Below, piece after piece: positions 37,823-49,209 of a DNA stretch of 64,000 bases. Made by a program: the position numbers and the translations under genes. The notes beneath the pieces were generated by a model. That model made no database searches, was not told the DNA's origin, and worked only from the letters and a program-made list of their open reading frames with translations. Each line of letters opens with the position of its first letter. Position 1 is the stretch's first letter. The stretch is taken from NCBI GenBank assembly GCA_965226585.1, contig OZ245366.1:335298-399297 (forward strand), read 5' to 3'. This DNA comes from Thermodesulfobacteriota bacterium. GTDB lineage: Bacteria; Desulfobacterota_D; UBA1144; Nemesobacterales; Mycalebacteriaceae.

Positions 37823-39157
37823 GTGCCAAACTTTTCCGCTCGCGCGCTGAAGATAATTCTCATGATACAAGAAACCCTTCCCGGTGTGCCGCAACTGTCA
37901 GAAAGCGGTTTTCTGCTGATTTTATCCCTTGTGCTGCTTGTATCCAAGTTTTTCGCCGAAGTGGCGGAACGCTTCCGGCAGTCGTCCGTTCTGGGCGAAC
38001 TTGTGGCGGGTGTTGTTCTGGGCGGCGGAATTCTGGCGGTTATGCCTTCCGGACCGGCGGATTCCGGCTACCACACCTTCTATCTGATTTCCGAACTCGC
38101 GGTTGTTGTTCTTCTGTTTGAAATAGGGCTTGAAACCAAACTCAAAGATATTCTGAAAGTCGGTCCCGTCTCGCTTCTTGTCGCCCTTGTCGGGATTGTC
38201 GCGCCTTTTGCTCTGGGCTTTATTTCGATCTACGCGCTTTCCTCATACAGCATAATGGAGATGCACCTGCTCGAACCGACCGGGCTGTTTCTTGTTGCCG
38301 TAACCACGGGAGCCACCCTCACGGCAACAAGCGTGGGAATAACGGCGAGGGTGCTTTCAGACATAAAACAGCTGGGCGCGCCCGAGTCAAAGATAATCAT
38401 CGGCGCGGCGGTTATAGATGATGTGGTGGGGCTTATAATCCTCAGCCTTGTAAGCGGGCTGATACAGTCGCACGGAGCGGGTGTTGAGAGCGGAATATCA
38501 GTTGCCCAGGTGGCGCTGATTTCGGCAAAGGCGTTTGGTTTTCTTTTCATCGCCGTGGTTGTGGGCAACCTTGTTGTTGAAAAGGTTTTCTCTTTCATAG
38601 GAAATCTCAAAAGCCGGGGCGCGCTTGTGGTTGCCGCCCTGTCAGTCGCATTTCTCTACGCGTACGCGGGAAAGTATTTTGCGGATGTTGCCCCGATAGT
38701 GGGAGCGTTTGCCGCGGGTCTTGTTATCAGAAAAGCGCCGCAGTTTGAATCCATAGAGCACAGCATCAGAACGGTGTCGGATTTTCTTGTGCCTGTTTTC
38801 TTTGTCGCGGTAGGGGCGCAGGTTGACGTGAGGGTTCTCAATCCGTTCGGAGACGGAAACTCTCAAGTGCTTGCCGTGGCGGTGGGGCTTTTTGTTGTGG
38901 CGTTTATAGGCAAGTACGTAAGCGCGATTGCCGCCTTCGGGTCGGGCATAAGGAGAAACATCGTGGGCATCGGTATGGTTCCGCGCGGCGAGGTGGGATT
39001 GATTTTTGCGCAGATAGGCTACAATAACGGCAACGGGGTTTTTGACTCAATGTTCTTTTCGGCTATTGTGCTGACCGTTATGCTTACGACCTTCGTGGTA
39101 CCGCCCCTTCTGCAGAGAGGCTTTGGAAAAGCGGAGGCGGATGCGGGTTCCGCATGA
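37823..39157 (+). CDS. cation:proton antiporter (CPA1/CPA2, Na+/H+ exchanger family)
   Basis: 444 aa polytopic membrane protein with the sodium/hydrogen exchanger fold. The start may be the internal ATG near 37862. Confidence 0.85.
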   Translation: MPNFSARALKIILMIQETLPGVPQLSESGFLLILSLVLLVSKFFAEVAERFRQSSVLGELVAGVVLGGGILAVMPSGPADSGYHTFYLISELAVVVLLFEIGLETKLKDILKVGPVSLLVALVGIVAPFALGFISIYALSSYSIMEMHLLEPTGLFLVAVTTGATLTATSVGITARVLSDIKQLGAPESKIIIGAAVIDDVVGLIILSLVSGLIQSHGAGVESGISVAQVALISAKAFGFLFIAVVVGNLVVEKVFSFIGNLKSRGALVVAALSVAFLYAYAGKYFADVAPIVGAFAAGLVIRKAPQFESIEHSIRTVSDFLVPVFFVAVGAQVDVRVLNPFGDGNSQVLAVAVGLFVVAFIGKYVSAIAAFGSGIRRNIVGIGMVPRGEVGLIFAQIGYNNGNGVFDSMFFSAIVLTVMLTTFVVPPLLQRGFGKAEADAGSA

Positions 39158-39175
39158 CGATTTTTTTGACGTTCT

Positions 39176-39700
39176 GTGTTTAGAGAAAAAAAGATGAGAC
39201 TGTTTCGGGCATCAGCGTATATTTTCCTCACATTCACAGCCGCCGCGCAAAGCGCGTTTGCGGCGGGCGATTTGATAACCGCAGACAAAACCGTGTTTGT
39301 GCAGTTCGCCATTTTTCTGGTCGCCCTGTATCTGCTGAACATCCTGTTCTTCAGACCGCTTATCTATCTTGCGGATAAAAGGGAGAGCGCGACTTCCGGC
39401 TCCGGCAGAGAGGCGGAGGAGTTGACGGCAAAATCCGAAGAATTAACGGCGCGCTACAACGCGGAGGTTAAAGAGGCGAGAGAGCGGGCGGCTGAGGAAA
39501 GGACGCTCATCACAAAGGCGGCTATTGAAGAGGCGGACGGCATAGTTTCATCGGCGAGAGAGGAAGCGCGCGCGCTTCTGGACGAGCGCACGGCGGAGCT
39601 TTCCGCAGAGGTTGAAAAGACAAAATCAGAGATGAGTTCCGAAATAGAGGAAATTGCGGTGATGATAACCCGCGCGGCGGGAGGCGGCAAAGATGCTTGA
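39176..39700 (+). CDS. atpF2: F0F1 ATP synthase subunit b' (second b-type subunit)
   Basis: Single N-terminal TM helix followed by a long Ala/Glu/Arg-rich helix. It sits immediately upstream of atpF. Confidence 0.7.
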   Translation: MFREKKMRLFRASAYIFLTFTAAAQSAFAAGDLITADKTVFVQFAIFLVALYLLNILFFRPLIYLADKRESATSGSGREAEELTAKSEELTARYNAEVKEARERAAEERTLITKAAIEEADGIVSSAREEARALLDERTAELSAEVEKTKSEMSSEIEEIAVMITRAAGGGKDA

Positions 39701-40241
39701 CGCGGGATTTCTCGCGGCGGCGGGTGAAGCCGCCGGAACGGCGCCGTATTTCAACTGGACATACGTTGGCAAGCACGCGTTCAACCTTGCCGTTCTTATA
39801 GGAATTCTCTACTATGTTCTCAGGAAACCGGTTTCAGGTTTTCTAAAATCCCGCAGAAAAGAGATGGTGGAAAAGTTTGAGGAATCAGGCAGAAAACTGA
39901 ACGAGGCGAAAAAGATATTTGAGCAGTGCTCTGAGAAACTTGACGGCGTTAAAGCCGAGACGGATTCTCTGAAATCCACCATCGCCGCGCAGGCGCAAAA
40001 CGAAAGGGAGAACATCATCCGCCGCGCCCGCGCCGAAAAAGAGGCGATACTGAAAGAGACGGCTGAAAGCATTGAGTCCGCCGCCGCGAGGGCGCGCGCT
40101 TCGATAAGGCGGGAGGCGGTTGCCGCCGCCATGAGCATAGCGGAACGGAAACTGAAAGAGTCCGGGGGCGGAAGCCCGGTTGACATCAAATCTTTTGAGT
40201 CTGCGGTTGAGGAGGGCAAATGGCTTCGGTCGCGAAACTGA
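39693..40241 (+). CDS. atpF: F0F1 ATP synthase subunit b
   Basis: 182 aa, N-terminal TM helix plus coiled-coil stalk. There is an 8-nt overlap with the b' gene. Confidence 0.8.
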   Translation: MLDAGFLAAAGEAAGTAPYFNWTYVGKHAFNLAVLIGILYYVLRKPVSGFLKSRRKEMVEKFEESGRKLNEAKKIFEQCSEKLDGVKAETDSLKSTIAAQAQNERENIIRRARAEKEAILKETAESIESAAARARASIRREAVAAAMSIAERKLKESGGGSPVDIKSFESAVEEGKWLRSRN

Positions 40242-40768
40242 AAGATATGGTTGACGCTCTTGTCTTGTGTTGCGCGGAGTCCGGAGAGTTCTCCGTTGAC
40301 GATTGCGCTGAGGGGCTTGAGAGTTTTTTCTCAAAAGTGGAAGAGGGCGGGCTTTTGAAAAAAGCGCTTGAAAGCCCGGTTGTTGCGGCGGGAGAGAAGG
40401 CGGAAATTTTGCGCGATTTGTGCTCGGCGGCGGAGTTTCCTCCGCTTCTTGCCAACTTCCTTGTTACGGCGGCGGAGTTTGACAAACTGAGAGCCCTGCT
40501 TAACCGTCGCAGAACGGTTCTGGAATGGATACGCTCTGCGGGAGGAACGGTGAGAGCCACCGTTACGGTTGCTTCCCCGGTCAGCCAGGAGGATGAGCGG
40601 CGGGTGAGGGAAGCGGTGTCGCGGCTTGCGGGCGGCGGGAAATGCGAGGTTGAGTTCGTTCAGGATTCGGAGATAATAGGCGGGATGATTGTGAGGATTG
40701 GCAACAGCGTTTACGATGACAGCGTTAAAACCCATCTGGACGGAATGCGTTACGAGCTTTCAAAATAG
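40220..40768 (+). CDS. atpH: F0F1 ATP synthase subunit delta (OSCP)
   Basis: 182 aa with OSCP-family features and correct position between b and alpha. Confidence 0.85.
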   Translation: MASVAKLKDMVDALVLCCAESGEFSVDDCAEGLESFFSKVEEGGLLKKALESPVVAAGEKAEILRDLCSAAEFPPLLANFLVTAAEFDKLRALLNRRRTVLEWIRSAGGTVRATVTVASPVSQEDERRVREAVSRLAGGGKCEVEFVQDSEIIGGMIVRIGNSVYDDSVKTHLDGMRYELSK

Positions 40769-40810
40769 GACTTTTTCGCGCGAAACATAAAACTCAAAAA
40801 GGAGAGGAAA

Positions 40811-42340
40811 ATGCAGGAATCGATAAAAGTTGATGATGTTGGCGAGATACTGAAAAAGAGAATCAGCGGTTACGAACGCAAGTTTGAAACCTCTGAGGTT
40901 GGAACCGTAATCTCAGTTGGGGACGGAATCGCGAGGGTCTACGGTCTTGACAACTCAATGGCGGGGGAACTTGTTGAATTTCCGGGAGGAATCAAAGGGC
41001 TGGTTCTGAACCTTGAGGAAGACAATGTCGGTGTCGCCATTCTCGGTGAAGAGAAAGACATCAAGCAGGGAGATGTTGTCAAGCGCACGGGCGGCATCGC
41101 CCGGATTCCCGTTGGAGACGCCGCGCTCGGAAGAGTTGTGAACTCCCTCGGTGTTCCCGTGGACGGCAAAGGCGATATTCAAACATCCGAAACAAGACCC
41201 CTTGAACTCAAGGCGCCGGGCGTTGTTTTCAGAAAATCCGTTCACGAGCCGCTTCAGACCGGCATAAAAGCCATTGACTCCATGATACCGATAGGCAGAG
41301 GACAGAGGGAACTCATACTGGGCGACCGGCAGACCGGCAAGACCGCCATTGCAGTTGACACGATAATCAACCAGAAGGGCGAAGATGTTCACTGCATTTA
41401 CGTTGCCATCGGTCAGAAAAAATCCAATGTCGTTCAGGTGGTGGACAAGTTGAGAGAACACGGAGCCATGGAGTACACGACCGTTGTTACGGCTTCGGCG
41501 AGCGAGCAGGCGCCGTTTCAGTTTATAGCCCCGTACGCTGGCTGCGCCCTCGGGGAATACTTCAGAGACAGCGGCAGGCACGCCCTTGTTATCTATGACG
41601 ACCTTACAAAGCACGCATGGTCATACAGGCAGCTTTCGCTTCTGCTCAAACGCCCGCCCGGGCGCGAGGCGTATCCGGGAGATGTTTTCTACCTTCATTC
41701 GCGCCTTCTTGAGCGCGCGGCAAAGATGAGAGATGAGGACGGCGGCGGCTCGCTCACCGCTCTTCCCATAATTGAAACTCAGGCGGGAGACGTTTCCGCC
41801 TACATACCGACAAACGTGATTTCCATTACGGACGGTCAGATATACCTTGAAAGCAACCTTTTCTACTCCGGCGTGAGACCCGCGATTAACGTGGGGCTTT
41901 CGGTTTCAAGGGTTGGCGGCTCGGCGCAGATAAAGGCGATGAAAAAAGTCGCCGGAACTCTGAGGCTTGACCTCGCCCAGTACAGAGAGGTTGAGGCTTT
42001 TTCGCAATTCGCCTCAGACCTTGACAAAATCACACAGAATCAGCTCGCGAGGGGAGTCCGGCTTGTTGAGATTCTCAAGCAGGATCAGTTTGTTCCCCTT
42101 CCCGTTGAAAAGCAGGTCATCTCAATATTTGCCGTCACAAAAGGGTATCTGGACGAACACCCCGTTTCCTCCGTGCGCGCCTATGAGAAAGAGCTGTTCG
42201 CGTTCTTTGAAGCCAAATACAACGGGCTTCTGGAAGAGGTAAGAAACAAAAAGGAGATATCCGAAGAACTTGAGCCGCAAGTGATAAAGGCGCTTGATGA
42301 ACTCAAGTTGCAAACGGCTGATTTAACACAGGACGGATAA
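40811..42340 (+). CDS. atpA: F0F1 ATP synthase subunit alpha
   Basis: 509 aa. Walker [10 protein letters not shown] and the conserved alpha signature are present. Confidence 0.97.
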   Translation: MQESIKVDDVGEILKKRISGYERKFETSEVGTVISVGDGIARVYGLDNSMAGELVEFPGGIKGLVLNLEEDNVGVAILGEEKDIKQGDVVKRTGGIARIPVGDAALGRVVNSLGVPVDGKGDIQTSETRPLELKAPGVVFRKSVHEPLQTGIKAIDSMIPIGRGQRELILGDRQTGKTAIAVDTIINQKGEDVHCIYVAIGQKKSNVVQVVDKLREHGAMEYTTVVTASASEQAPFQFIAPYAGCALGEYFRDSGRHALVIYDDLTKHAWSYRQLSLLLKRPPGREAYPGDVFYLHSRLLERAAKMRDEDGGGSLTALPIIETQAGDVSAYIPTNVISITDGQIYLESNLFYSGVRPAINVGLSVSRVGGSAQIKAMKKVAGTLRLDLAQYREVEAFSQFASDLDKITQNQLARGVRLVEILKQDQFVPLPVEKQVISIFAVTKGYLDEHPVSSVRAYEKELFAFFEAKYNGLLEEVRNKKEISEELEPQVIKALDELKLQTADLTQDG

Positions 42341-42350
42341 GCGACCGCAA

Positions 42351-43226
42351 ATGCCAAGCCTTCAACAGATAAACACGAAGATAACGAGCGTGCGCGGCAC
42401 AATGCGCATCATGAGTGCCATGAAGCTTATCGCGGCGGTGAAACTGCAGAGAGCCCAGTCGCTTCTGAAGGCGCACCGCGACTACGTTTCCGCCTACACG
42501 AAAATTTCATCAGGCGTTCTCGCCACCTGCGAGCCCGACTCGCATCCGCTCCTTTTCCGTCCCGAAGAGAAAAAGAGGGCGCATGTGGTGTTTCTGACAT
42601 CGGACAGGGGGCTTTGCGGAAACTTCAACAATGTTCTCATAAAGGGTCTTGACGCGATGCTTGAGGAACGCGGGTTTGACAAAGACAACCTGAAGATGAC
42701 TTTCCTCGGAAACAAGGGGAGAAACTTCTTTGCCCCGCGCGGGCTTGCTCAGGGCTCATACTACAGCGGAATAAACGAAAGCAACTACACCGAAGTTTCC
42801 GAAGAGCTTTCAACACTGCTTTCAAGAGAGTTCACCGAAAGGGAGACTGATGAGGTGATTGTGGTTCACAGCAATTTCATTTCCGCCCTTTCAAGGGAAA
42901 CAGTTTTTGACACTTTTCTTCCAATAGAGTTTCCCCCCGACGAGCAAGACCCGGACGACTGCGTGTTTGAGCCTTCAAAGGAGAAAATAGTTGAAGACCT
43001 GATACCGGGATACTTGAGGCTTCGCATGGAGAAAGCGGTTCTGGAATCCCTCACAAGCGAGCACTCGGCGCGCATGACGGCTATGGAAAGCGCCACAAAC
43101 AACGCTGATGAACTTGTAAAAAATCTTACTCTGTTGTTCAACAAAACCAGGCAGGCAATAATAACCACCGAGCTTATGGATATTGTGAACGGAACGGAAG
43201 CTTTAAGAGAAGGAGGAGACGATTAA
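42351..43226 (+). CDS. atpG: F0F1 ATP synthase subunit gamma
   Basis: 291 aa with gamma N-terminal and C-terminal helices (ITKAMKMVAA-like, ELIDIVNG). Confidence 0.95.
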   Translation: MPSLQQINTKITSVRGTMRIMSAMKLIAAVKLQRAQSLLKAHRDYVSAYTKISSGVLATCEPDSHPLLFRPEEKKRAHVVFLTSDRGLCGNFNNVLIKGLDAMLEERGFDKDNLKMTFLGNKGRNFFAPRGLAQGSYYSGINESNYTEVSEELSTLLSREFTERETDEVIVVHSNFISALSRETVFDTFLPIEFPPDEQDPDDCVFEPSKEKIVEDLIPGYLRLRMEKAVLESLTSEHSARMTAMESATNNADELVKNLTLLFNKTRQAIITTELMDIVNGTEALREGGDD

Positions 43227-44630
<1,404 letters not shown>

Positions 44631-44652
44631 CTCGGGAAAAAGGAAAACTGAA

Positions 44653-45051
44653 TTGGCTGACGAACTTACTTTGAAAGTTATCACCCCGGCGGGGCTTGCC
44701 CTTGAAGAACAGGTTGAAACTGTTGTTCTCAAAGGCGAGATGGGCGAGTTCGGCGTTCTTGCCGGGCATGTTCCGATGGTTTCAACCCTCGTTGCCGGAA
44801 CGATGCGCTATGAAAGCGCGAAGGGTGAAGAAAAAACTTTCATCATCCACAGAGGCGTCTCCGAAGTCCGCGAAGACACGGTGACGGTTCTGACCAAAGC
44901 CCTTGAAAGCCCGGGCGATATGAGCGTTTCCGAAGCGGCAAAAGAGGCGGAAGAAATAGAGCAGAGCCTGGAAGACGGCTCTCTTTCCGATGAAGAACAC
45001 AAACGCCTGTCCGGAAGGCTTATGCTTGTCCGCGCCCGCGCGGGAATGTAG
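44653..45051 (+). CDS. atpC: F0F1 ATP synthase subunit epsilon
   Basis: 132 aa with epsilon beta-sandwich plus C-terminal helices. It follows atpD. Confidence 0.9.
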   Translation: MADELTLKVITPAGLALEEQVETVVLKGEMGEFGVLAGHVPMVSTLVAGTMRYESAKGEEKTFIIHRGVSEVREDTVTVLTKALESPGDMSVSEAAKEAEEIEQSLEDGSLSDEEHKRLSGRLMLVRARAGM

Positions 45052-45080
45052 CCCCCCTTCGCCAAAACAAAACACATTAT

Positions 45081-45121
45081 AAAAAACCCGACCGGAATAG
45101 GAATTTCCGGCCGGGGTTTTA
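45081..45121. terminator. bidirectional rho-independent terminator between convergent atpC and nrdJ
   Basis: aaaaaaCCCGACCGGAAataggaaTTTCCGGCCGGGGtttt forms a roughly 11-bp GC-rich stem with one mismatch. It is flanked by an A-run on one side and a T-run on the other, giving U-tracts on both strands. Confidence 0.55.
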
Positions 45122-45162
45122 AGGAGGAGTGGAGGAGGAAAATCTCCTGTTTTTCTACGCTA

Positions 45163-47643
45163 CTAACCGCACTTCGAGTAACCACAGCTTCTGCAGGTTA
45201 CGCACCCCGATTCAAAAGCCAGAGAAGGGCTGTCGCATTCCGGGCATTTCGAAAAGTGGAGGTCTTTTGACCTCGGTTTTTCCACGGCAACGTCTTCGCC
45301 TTTGTCAACGAAGTGTCTTTTAAGCACCGCCGCCACGGCGTCAGGGATTGACATGACAAGCTTGCCCTCGGAGAAAACGGGGGACGCGCCGCCGATTCCT
45401 TCAAGTTGCTCGACTATCTTTTTTGCGCCGATTCCGGCCCTGAGTCCGAGAGAGGCAAGCCTTCCGATTGCTTCGGCGTCAGCCATTGTTGTATAGCCGG
45501 ACTTGCCTATCTGAACAAACACCTCGAAGGGTTTTCCTTCAACGGTGTTGACCGTAACGTAGAGGTTGCCGTGCCCCGTTCTGACAACCTCGGTAAAGCC
45601 GTTCAGCACCTGCGGTCGTTCTTTCTTTTCCGTAGGCGCGGATTTTGAGGGATGAGGAGATGAGGTGAGGTTGGGGTGAGTGGCTTGAGAAATCTCCCCA
45701 TCCCTATTCTTTTCATTTTTTTCTTCTTGCTGTTGCTCGGTAATCAGAATGCCCTCTCTGGAGCCTTCTCTGTAAATGGTGACGCCCTTGCAGCCGTTCT
45801 TCCATGACTGGAAGTAAATTTTCTCCACCTCTTCAGGAGAGATGTCGGCGGGAAGGTTCACGGTGCTGGATATGCATGAATCTATGTGTTTCTGTATCGC
45901 GGCCTGCATGCGGACTCTGAAGCCGGGTTTTATATCGTGAGAGGTTACAAACAACTCCGGCAGGTCATCTTCGTCTGAGAGGCCGAACTTGTCCATGTAG
46001 GTTCCGACAAGCGGGTGATAGACCTTGAACTGCTCTTTTGAGAGTGATTCCGACCTTCTGAAGTATGAGAGCGCGAACATGGGTTCAATGCCGCTTGATG
46101 TGCCGGCGAGAACCGAACCGCTTCCGACCGGAGGAACGGTCAGGATGCAGGCGTTTCTGAGGCCGTTTTTACGCACCCTTCCAAGAACTTCCCCGTCAAG
46201 GGTGTCAAGGAAGGGGCTGTTGAAATGCTTTTCCGGGTCGTACGCAGGAAACGTTCCTTTCTCTTCGGCAAGTTTGGAACTTGAGGAGTAAACCGTGTTC
46301 TTTATGTGGTCGAAAAGTTCATCCGTAAACTCAATTGCTTCGTCCGAGTCATATTTTTTGCCCAGTTTGGCTATCATGTCTCCGAAGCCGGTGAATCCCA
46401 CGCCTATGCGTCTTGAGATTTGAGATGCTTCGGTTTGAAAACCGAGAGGGTGTTTGTTCTCGTTGTAGTCCAGAATGTTGTCCAGAAAGCGCACTGAGTA
46501 GGACAGCGAGCGGTCAAGATTTTCCCAGTCAACACAGGCGTCTTTTGTGAATTCATCTTTCACGAAAAGGCTGAGGTTTATGTTGCCCAGACAGCAGTTT
46601 CCGTAGTTCTCAAGAGCCTGCTCACTGCAGGGATTAACGCCTTCCACTTCCATCCCGCCGTATTCGGTTGGGGAGTAGCGTTTCACGGCGTCCCAGAAGA
46701 TAAGACCGGGCTCTGCGGAAGACCACGCAGATTTGACAAGTCTCTGCCAAATGTCTCTCGCCTTAACGGTTTTTCTCATGCGCACTTTCTTGTTTTCGTA
46801 TTCAAGGTCAAAGTCGCCGTCTGTTTCAACGGCTTTCATAAACTCGTCTGAAACCTTCACGGAAATGTTGGCAAACTTCACCTGCGACCTGTCCGAGTCG
46901 TTTTTGATGTCCAGAAAATCCATTATGTCGGGGTGGTTGACGTCTATCGTTATCATGAGAGCGCCCCTTCTTCCCGCCTGACCGATTGTTCCGGTTGTGG
47001 TGGAGAGGAGTTCCATAAACGAGACGGCGCCCGTTGAGTGAATCGCCGAGTTGTTCACCGGCGCGCCTTTCGGTCTCAGAACGGATATATCCGTGCCGAC
47101 TCCGCCGCCGAAGGAGTAGGTTCTTGCCGCTTCCTTGCACCACTCAAAGATTCCCTCTATGGAGTCTTCTTTGATGGGCATGAAGTAGCAGTTCAGAAGT
47201 GTCGAACGCCTTGTCTGCCCGGCTCCGAAAAGTATTCTGCCCCCGGGAACAAAGCGGAAGTTTGACAGAAGCCAGTAGAACTTCTCTGTCCATTCCTCTC
47301 TCAGTTCTCCGGTTGATTCGGTGGAAGCCATCTCCGTTGCGACCCTCTTCCACATCTGTTCCGGAAGTGTCTCAACCGTCGAGCCGTCTTCATCTTTCAG
47401 GGCGTATTTCTCATAGAAGACCCGCGCGCGGAGTTCGTCTCCCTCAAATGCTTCAATTGTTTCGCGGGGGATGTCTTCCTCTCCGGGTTGTTCATCAGCT
47501 ACCAGCCTTGGAACATCCGGCTTTTCTTCATCTGAAAAGACTGTATCGTTGGAGAGAGATTTCTTGGGCAGTTCAAATATATTTCCGTTCTCGCCGGATG
47601 TGCCTTTTGCGCCTTCTTCAGTCTCTGTTTTGTCGGATGACAT
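45163..47643 (-). CDS. nrdJ: adenosylcobalamin-dependent (class II) ribonucleoside-diphosphate/triphosphate reductase
   Basis: 826 aa. Class II RNR core motifs are present. The C-terminal tail ends in a Cys-rich CPECDSP...CVTCRSCGYSKCG zinc-ribbon-like segment. Confidence 0.9.
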   Translation of the reverse strand: MSSDKTETEEGAKGTSGENGNIFELPKKSLSNDTVFSDEEKPDVPRLVADEQPGEEDIPRETIEAFEGDELRARVFYEKYALKDEDGSTVETLPEQMWKRVATEMASTESTGELREEWTEKFYWLLSNFRFVPGGRILFGAGQTRRSTLLNCYFMPIKEDSIEGIFEWCKEAARTYSFGGGVGTDISVLRPKGAPVNNSAIHSTGAVSFMELLSTTTGTIGQAGRRGALMITIDVNHPDIMDFLDIKNDSDRSQVKFANISVKVSDEFMKAVETDGDFDLEYENKKVRMRKTVKARDIWQRLVKSAWSSAEPGLIFWDAVKRYSPTEYGGMEVEGVNPCSEQALENYGNCCLGNINLSLFVKDEFTKDACVDWENLDRSLSYSVRFLDNILDYNENKHPLGFQTEASQISRRIGVGFTGFGDMIAKLGKKYDSDEAIEFTDELFDHIKNTVYSSSSKLAEEKGTFPAYDPEKHFNSPFLDTLDGEVLGRVRKNGLRNACILTVPPVGSGSVLAGTSSGIEPMFALSYFRRSESLSKEQFKVYHPLVGTYMDKFGLSDEDDLPELFVTSHDIKPGFRVRMQAAIQKHIDSCISSTVNLPADISPEEVEKIYFQSWKNGCKGVTIYREGSREGILITEQQQEEKNEKNRDGEISQATHPNLTSSPHPSKSAPTEKKERPQVLNGFTEVVRTGHGNLYVTVNTVEGKPFEVFVQIGKSGYTTMADAEAIGRLASLGLRAGIGAKKIVEQLEGIGGASPVFSEGKLVMSIPDAVAAVLKRHFVDKGEDVAVEKPRSKDLHFSKCPECDSPSLAFESGCVTCRSCGYSKCG

Positions 47644-47710
47644 GTTTCTCTCCTTTTATTTGCTCAATTCCTAGTGAAGCCCATATCTCGTGCTACGAGG
47701 GCTATTAGAC

Positions 47711-47726
47711 TACCATATATTGTGGC
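47711..47726 (-). promoter_or_regulatory. candidate NrdR-box-like palindrome upstream of nrdJ
   Basis: Minus-strand reading cCACAATATATGGTag matches 12 of 16 positions of the acaCwAtATaTwGtgt NrdR consensus. No nrdR gene lies in the window, and a second box is not convincing. Confidence 0.25.
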
Positions 47727-47802
47727 AAGTCAAGACAGTTTCCGGTGTTGATATTTACAAATTTGGAAATATCCTTTATTTGAAGCGGGTAACAGCGGAT
47801 AG

Positions 47803-48432
47803 TTGCAGGACAGTGTTATGTTGGTAGATAGTCTGGCAGAGAAGATACACGCCTTTTGGTTCGGTGAAATCGGTGAAAACGGCCTTTGCGATGCCGAAAA
47901 GTCGTCTGCGTGGTTCGAAAAAGACGACTGTTTCGACCGCCTCATGGAGCGTGAATTCGGGAATTTTCTGTCTTCCGTCCACAGCGGCGCTCTTGACGGC
48001 ATGGATCAGACACCTCGCGGGGCGCTTTCCCTTATAGTTCTAACCGACCAGTTTCCGCGAAACATACACCGCGGACGCCCGGAATCCTTCGCTTTTGATT
48101 CATTTGCGCTTGCTGTCTGCAGAAAAGGGATTGGCAAGGGTTTTGACAGTTTGCTTGCGCCTCCGGAGAGAGTTTTCTTCTACCTTCCGCTTATGCACTC
48201 GGAGAGTTTTGCGATACAGAAAATATCAGTAAAAACCTTTACATCTCTGGCGGAGGATTTCAGGGAAATTCCTGAAGTTTTTAAAACACTTAATTACTCC
48301 GTGGATTTTGCGCGCCGCCATTTTGACATTATTGAGCAGTTCGGCAGATACCCGCACAGAAATAAAATACTCGGCAGAGAGTCCACACCTGAGGAAATAG
48401 AGTTTCTTAAACAGCCGGGGAGTTCGTTTTAG
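47803..48432 (+). CDS. DUF924-family protein
   Basis: 209 aa. FWFG...QFPRN...HRNKILGRESTPEE segments are typical of DUF924. Confidence 0.75.
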   Translation: MQDSVMLVDSLAEKIHAFWFGEIGENGLCDAEKSSAWFEKDDCFDRLMEREFGNFLSSVHSGALDGMDQTPRGALSLIVLTDQFPRNIHRGRPESFAFDSFALAVCRKGIGKGFDSLLAPPERVFFYLPLMHSESFAIQKISVKTFTSLAEDFREIPEVFKTLNYSVDFARRHFDIIEQFGRYPHRNKILGRESTPEEIEFLKQPGSSF

Positions 48433-48444
48433 TATGAACCTTGC

Positions 48445-49179
48445 TTATTTCTTTTCATACTGTTCAACAAAATACGCAGGTCTTTTTTTGCCTCTGTATG
48501 AAGGGTGAGGACCAACATAAACAGTTCTTTTATTTGTCGATACAAAACTCAATATCTCTTCTTTGCGGTTAAATTCAAGGCTTTGAAAAATAATTATGTC
48601 TGGGTTGAAAATGTTGACTTCTTTAATAAAAAACTCTTGTTCAATGTCTTTTTTGTAATGCTTTCTGTTTTTCCCTCCTGATTTGTAATTTCTGCCTACG
48701 TCAACGAACTTGTAGAAATTTGTCAGGGATATATGGGAAAGAGGATTTTCTTCCGGCAGGCAATCCTTTTTGTTTTTCAATATTTGCTGACAGGTATGTG
48801 TTTTCCCTATTTCATTCCACTTGTTTCCCCAATTCAGATTTTTTTCCAGAAAGTGTAGGGCGGTGAAATAAGTTCCGGCAATGTGCGGGTTGAGGAGATG
48901 AAACTCTTTTTTCTCAATGCTTGAATTTCTCCCGTTAAAATCCTGTATATGTTCTTTCTCATCTTTTCCCTTATCGAGTCCTACAAAAAGAATTGCGGGT
49001 GAATACTTCCCGTAATTTGAACCGATGTACGGATAAGTGGGGAACCTAACTTTCTTACACTTGCGAGTATTTTGATGTGATTCTGTTTTGAGAATCCCCG
49101 TTTTCGGGTCTATTTCCATATCACGGAAAAATTTTCCGTGCGTTTCTTTCAATTCTCTTTTTAATCTGCCGTTGGACAC
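48445..49179 (-). CDS. low-GC hypothetical protein (possible divergent UDG-superfamily fold; speculative)
   Basis: 244-aa Lys/Asn-rich ORF in an AT-rich stretch. Segments AILFVGLDKG and VGPHPSYRG are faintly reminiscent of UDG motif A and motif B (HPS). No confident family. Confidence 0.5.
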   Translation of the reverse strand: MSNGRLKRELKETHGKFFRDMEIDPKTGILKTESHQNTRKCKKVRFPTYPYIGSNYGKYSPAILFVGLDKGKDEKEHIQDFNGRNSSIEKKEFHLLNPHIAGTYFTALHFLEKNLNWGNKWNEIGKTHTCQQILKNKKDCLPEENPLSHISLTNFYKFVDVGRNYKSGGKNRKHYKKDIEQEFFIKEVNIFNPDIIIFQSLEFNRKEEILSFVSTNKRTVYVGPHPSYRGKKRPAYFVEQYEKK

Positions 49180-49209
49180 GGGCGTTATTTTAATTCACAA
49201 TTCCATCAA

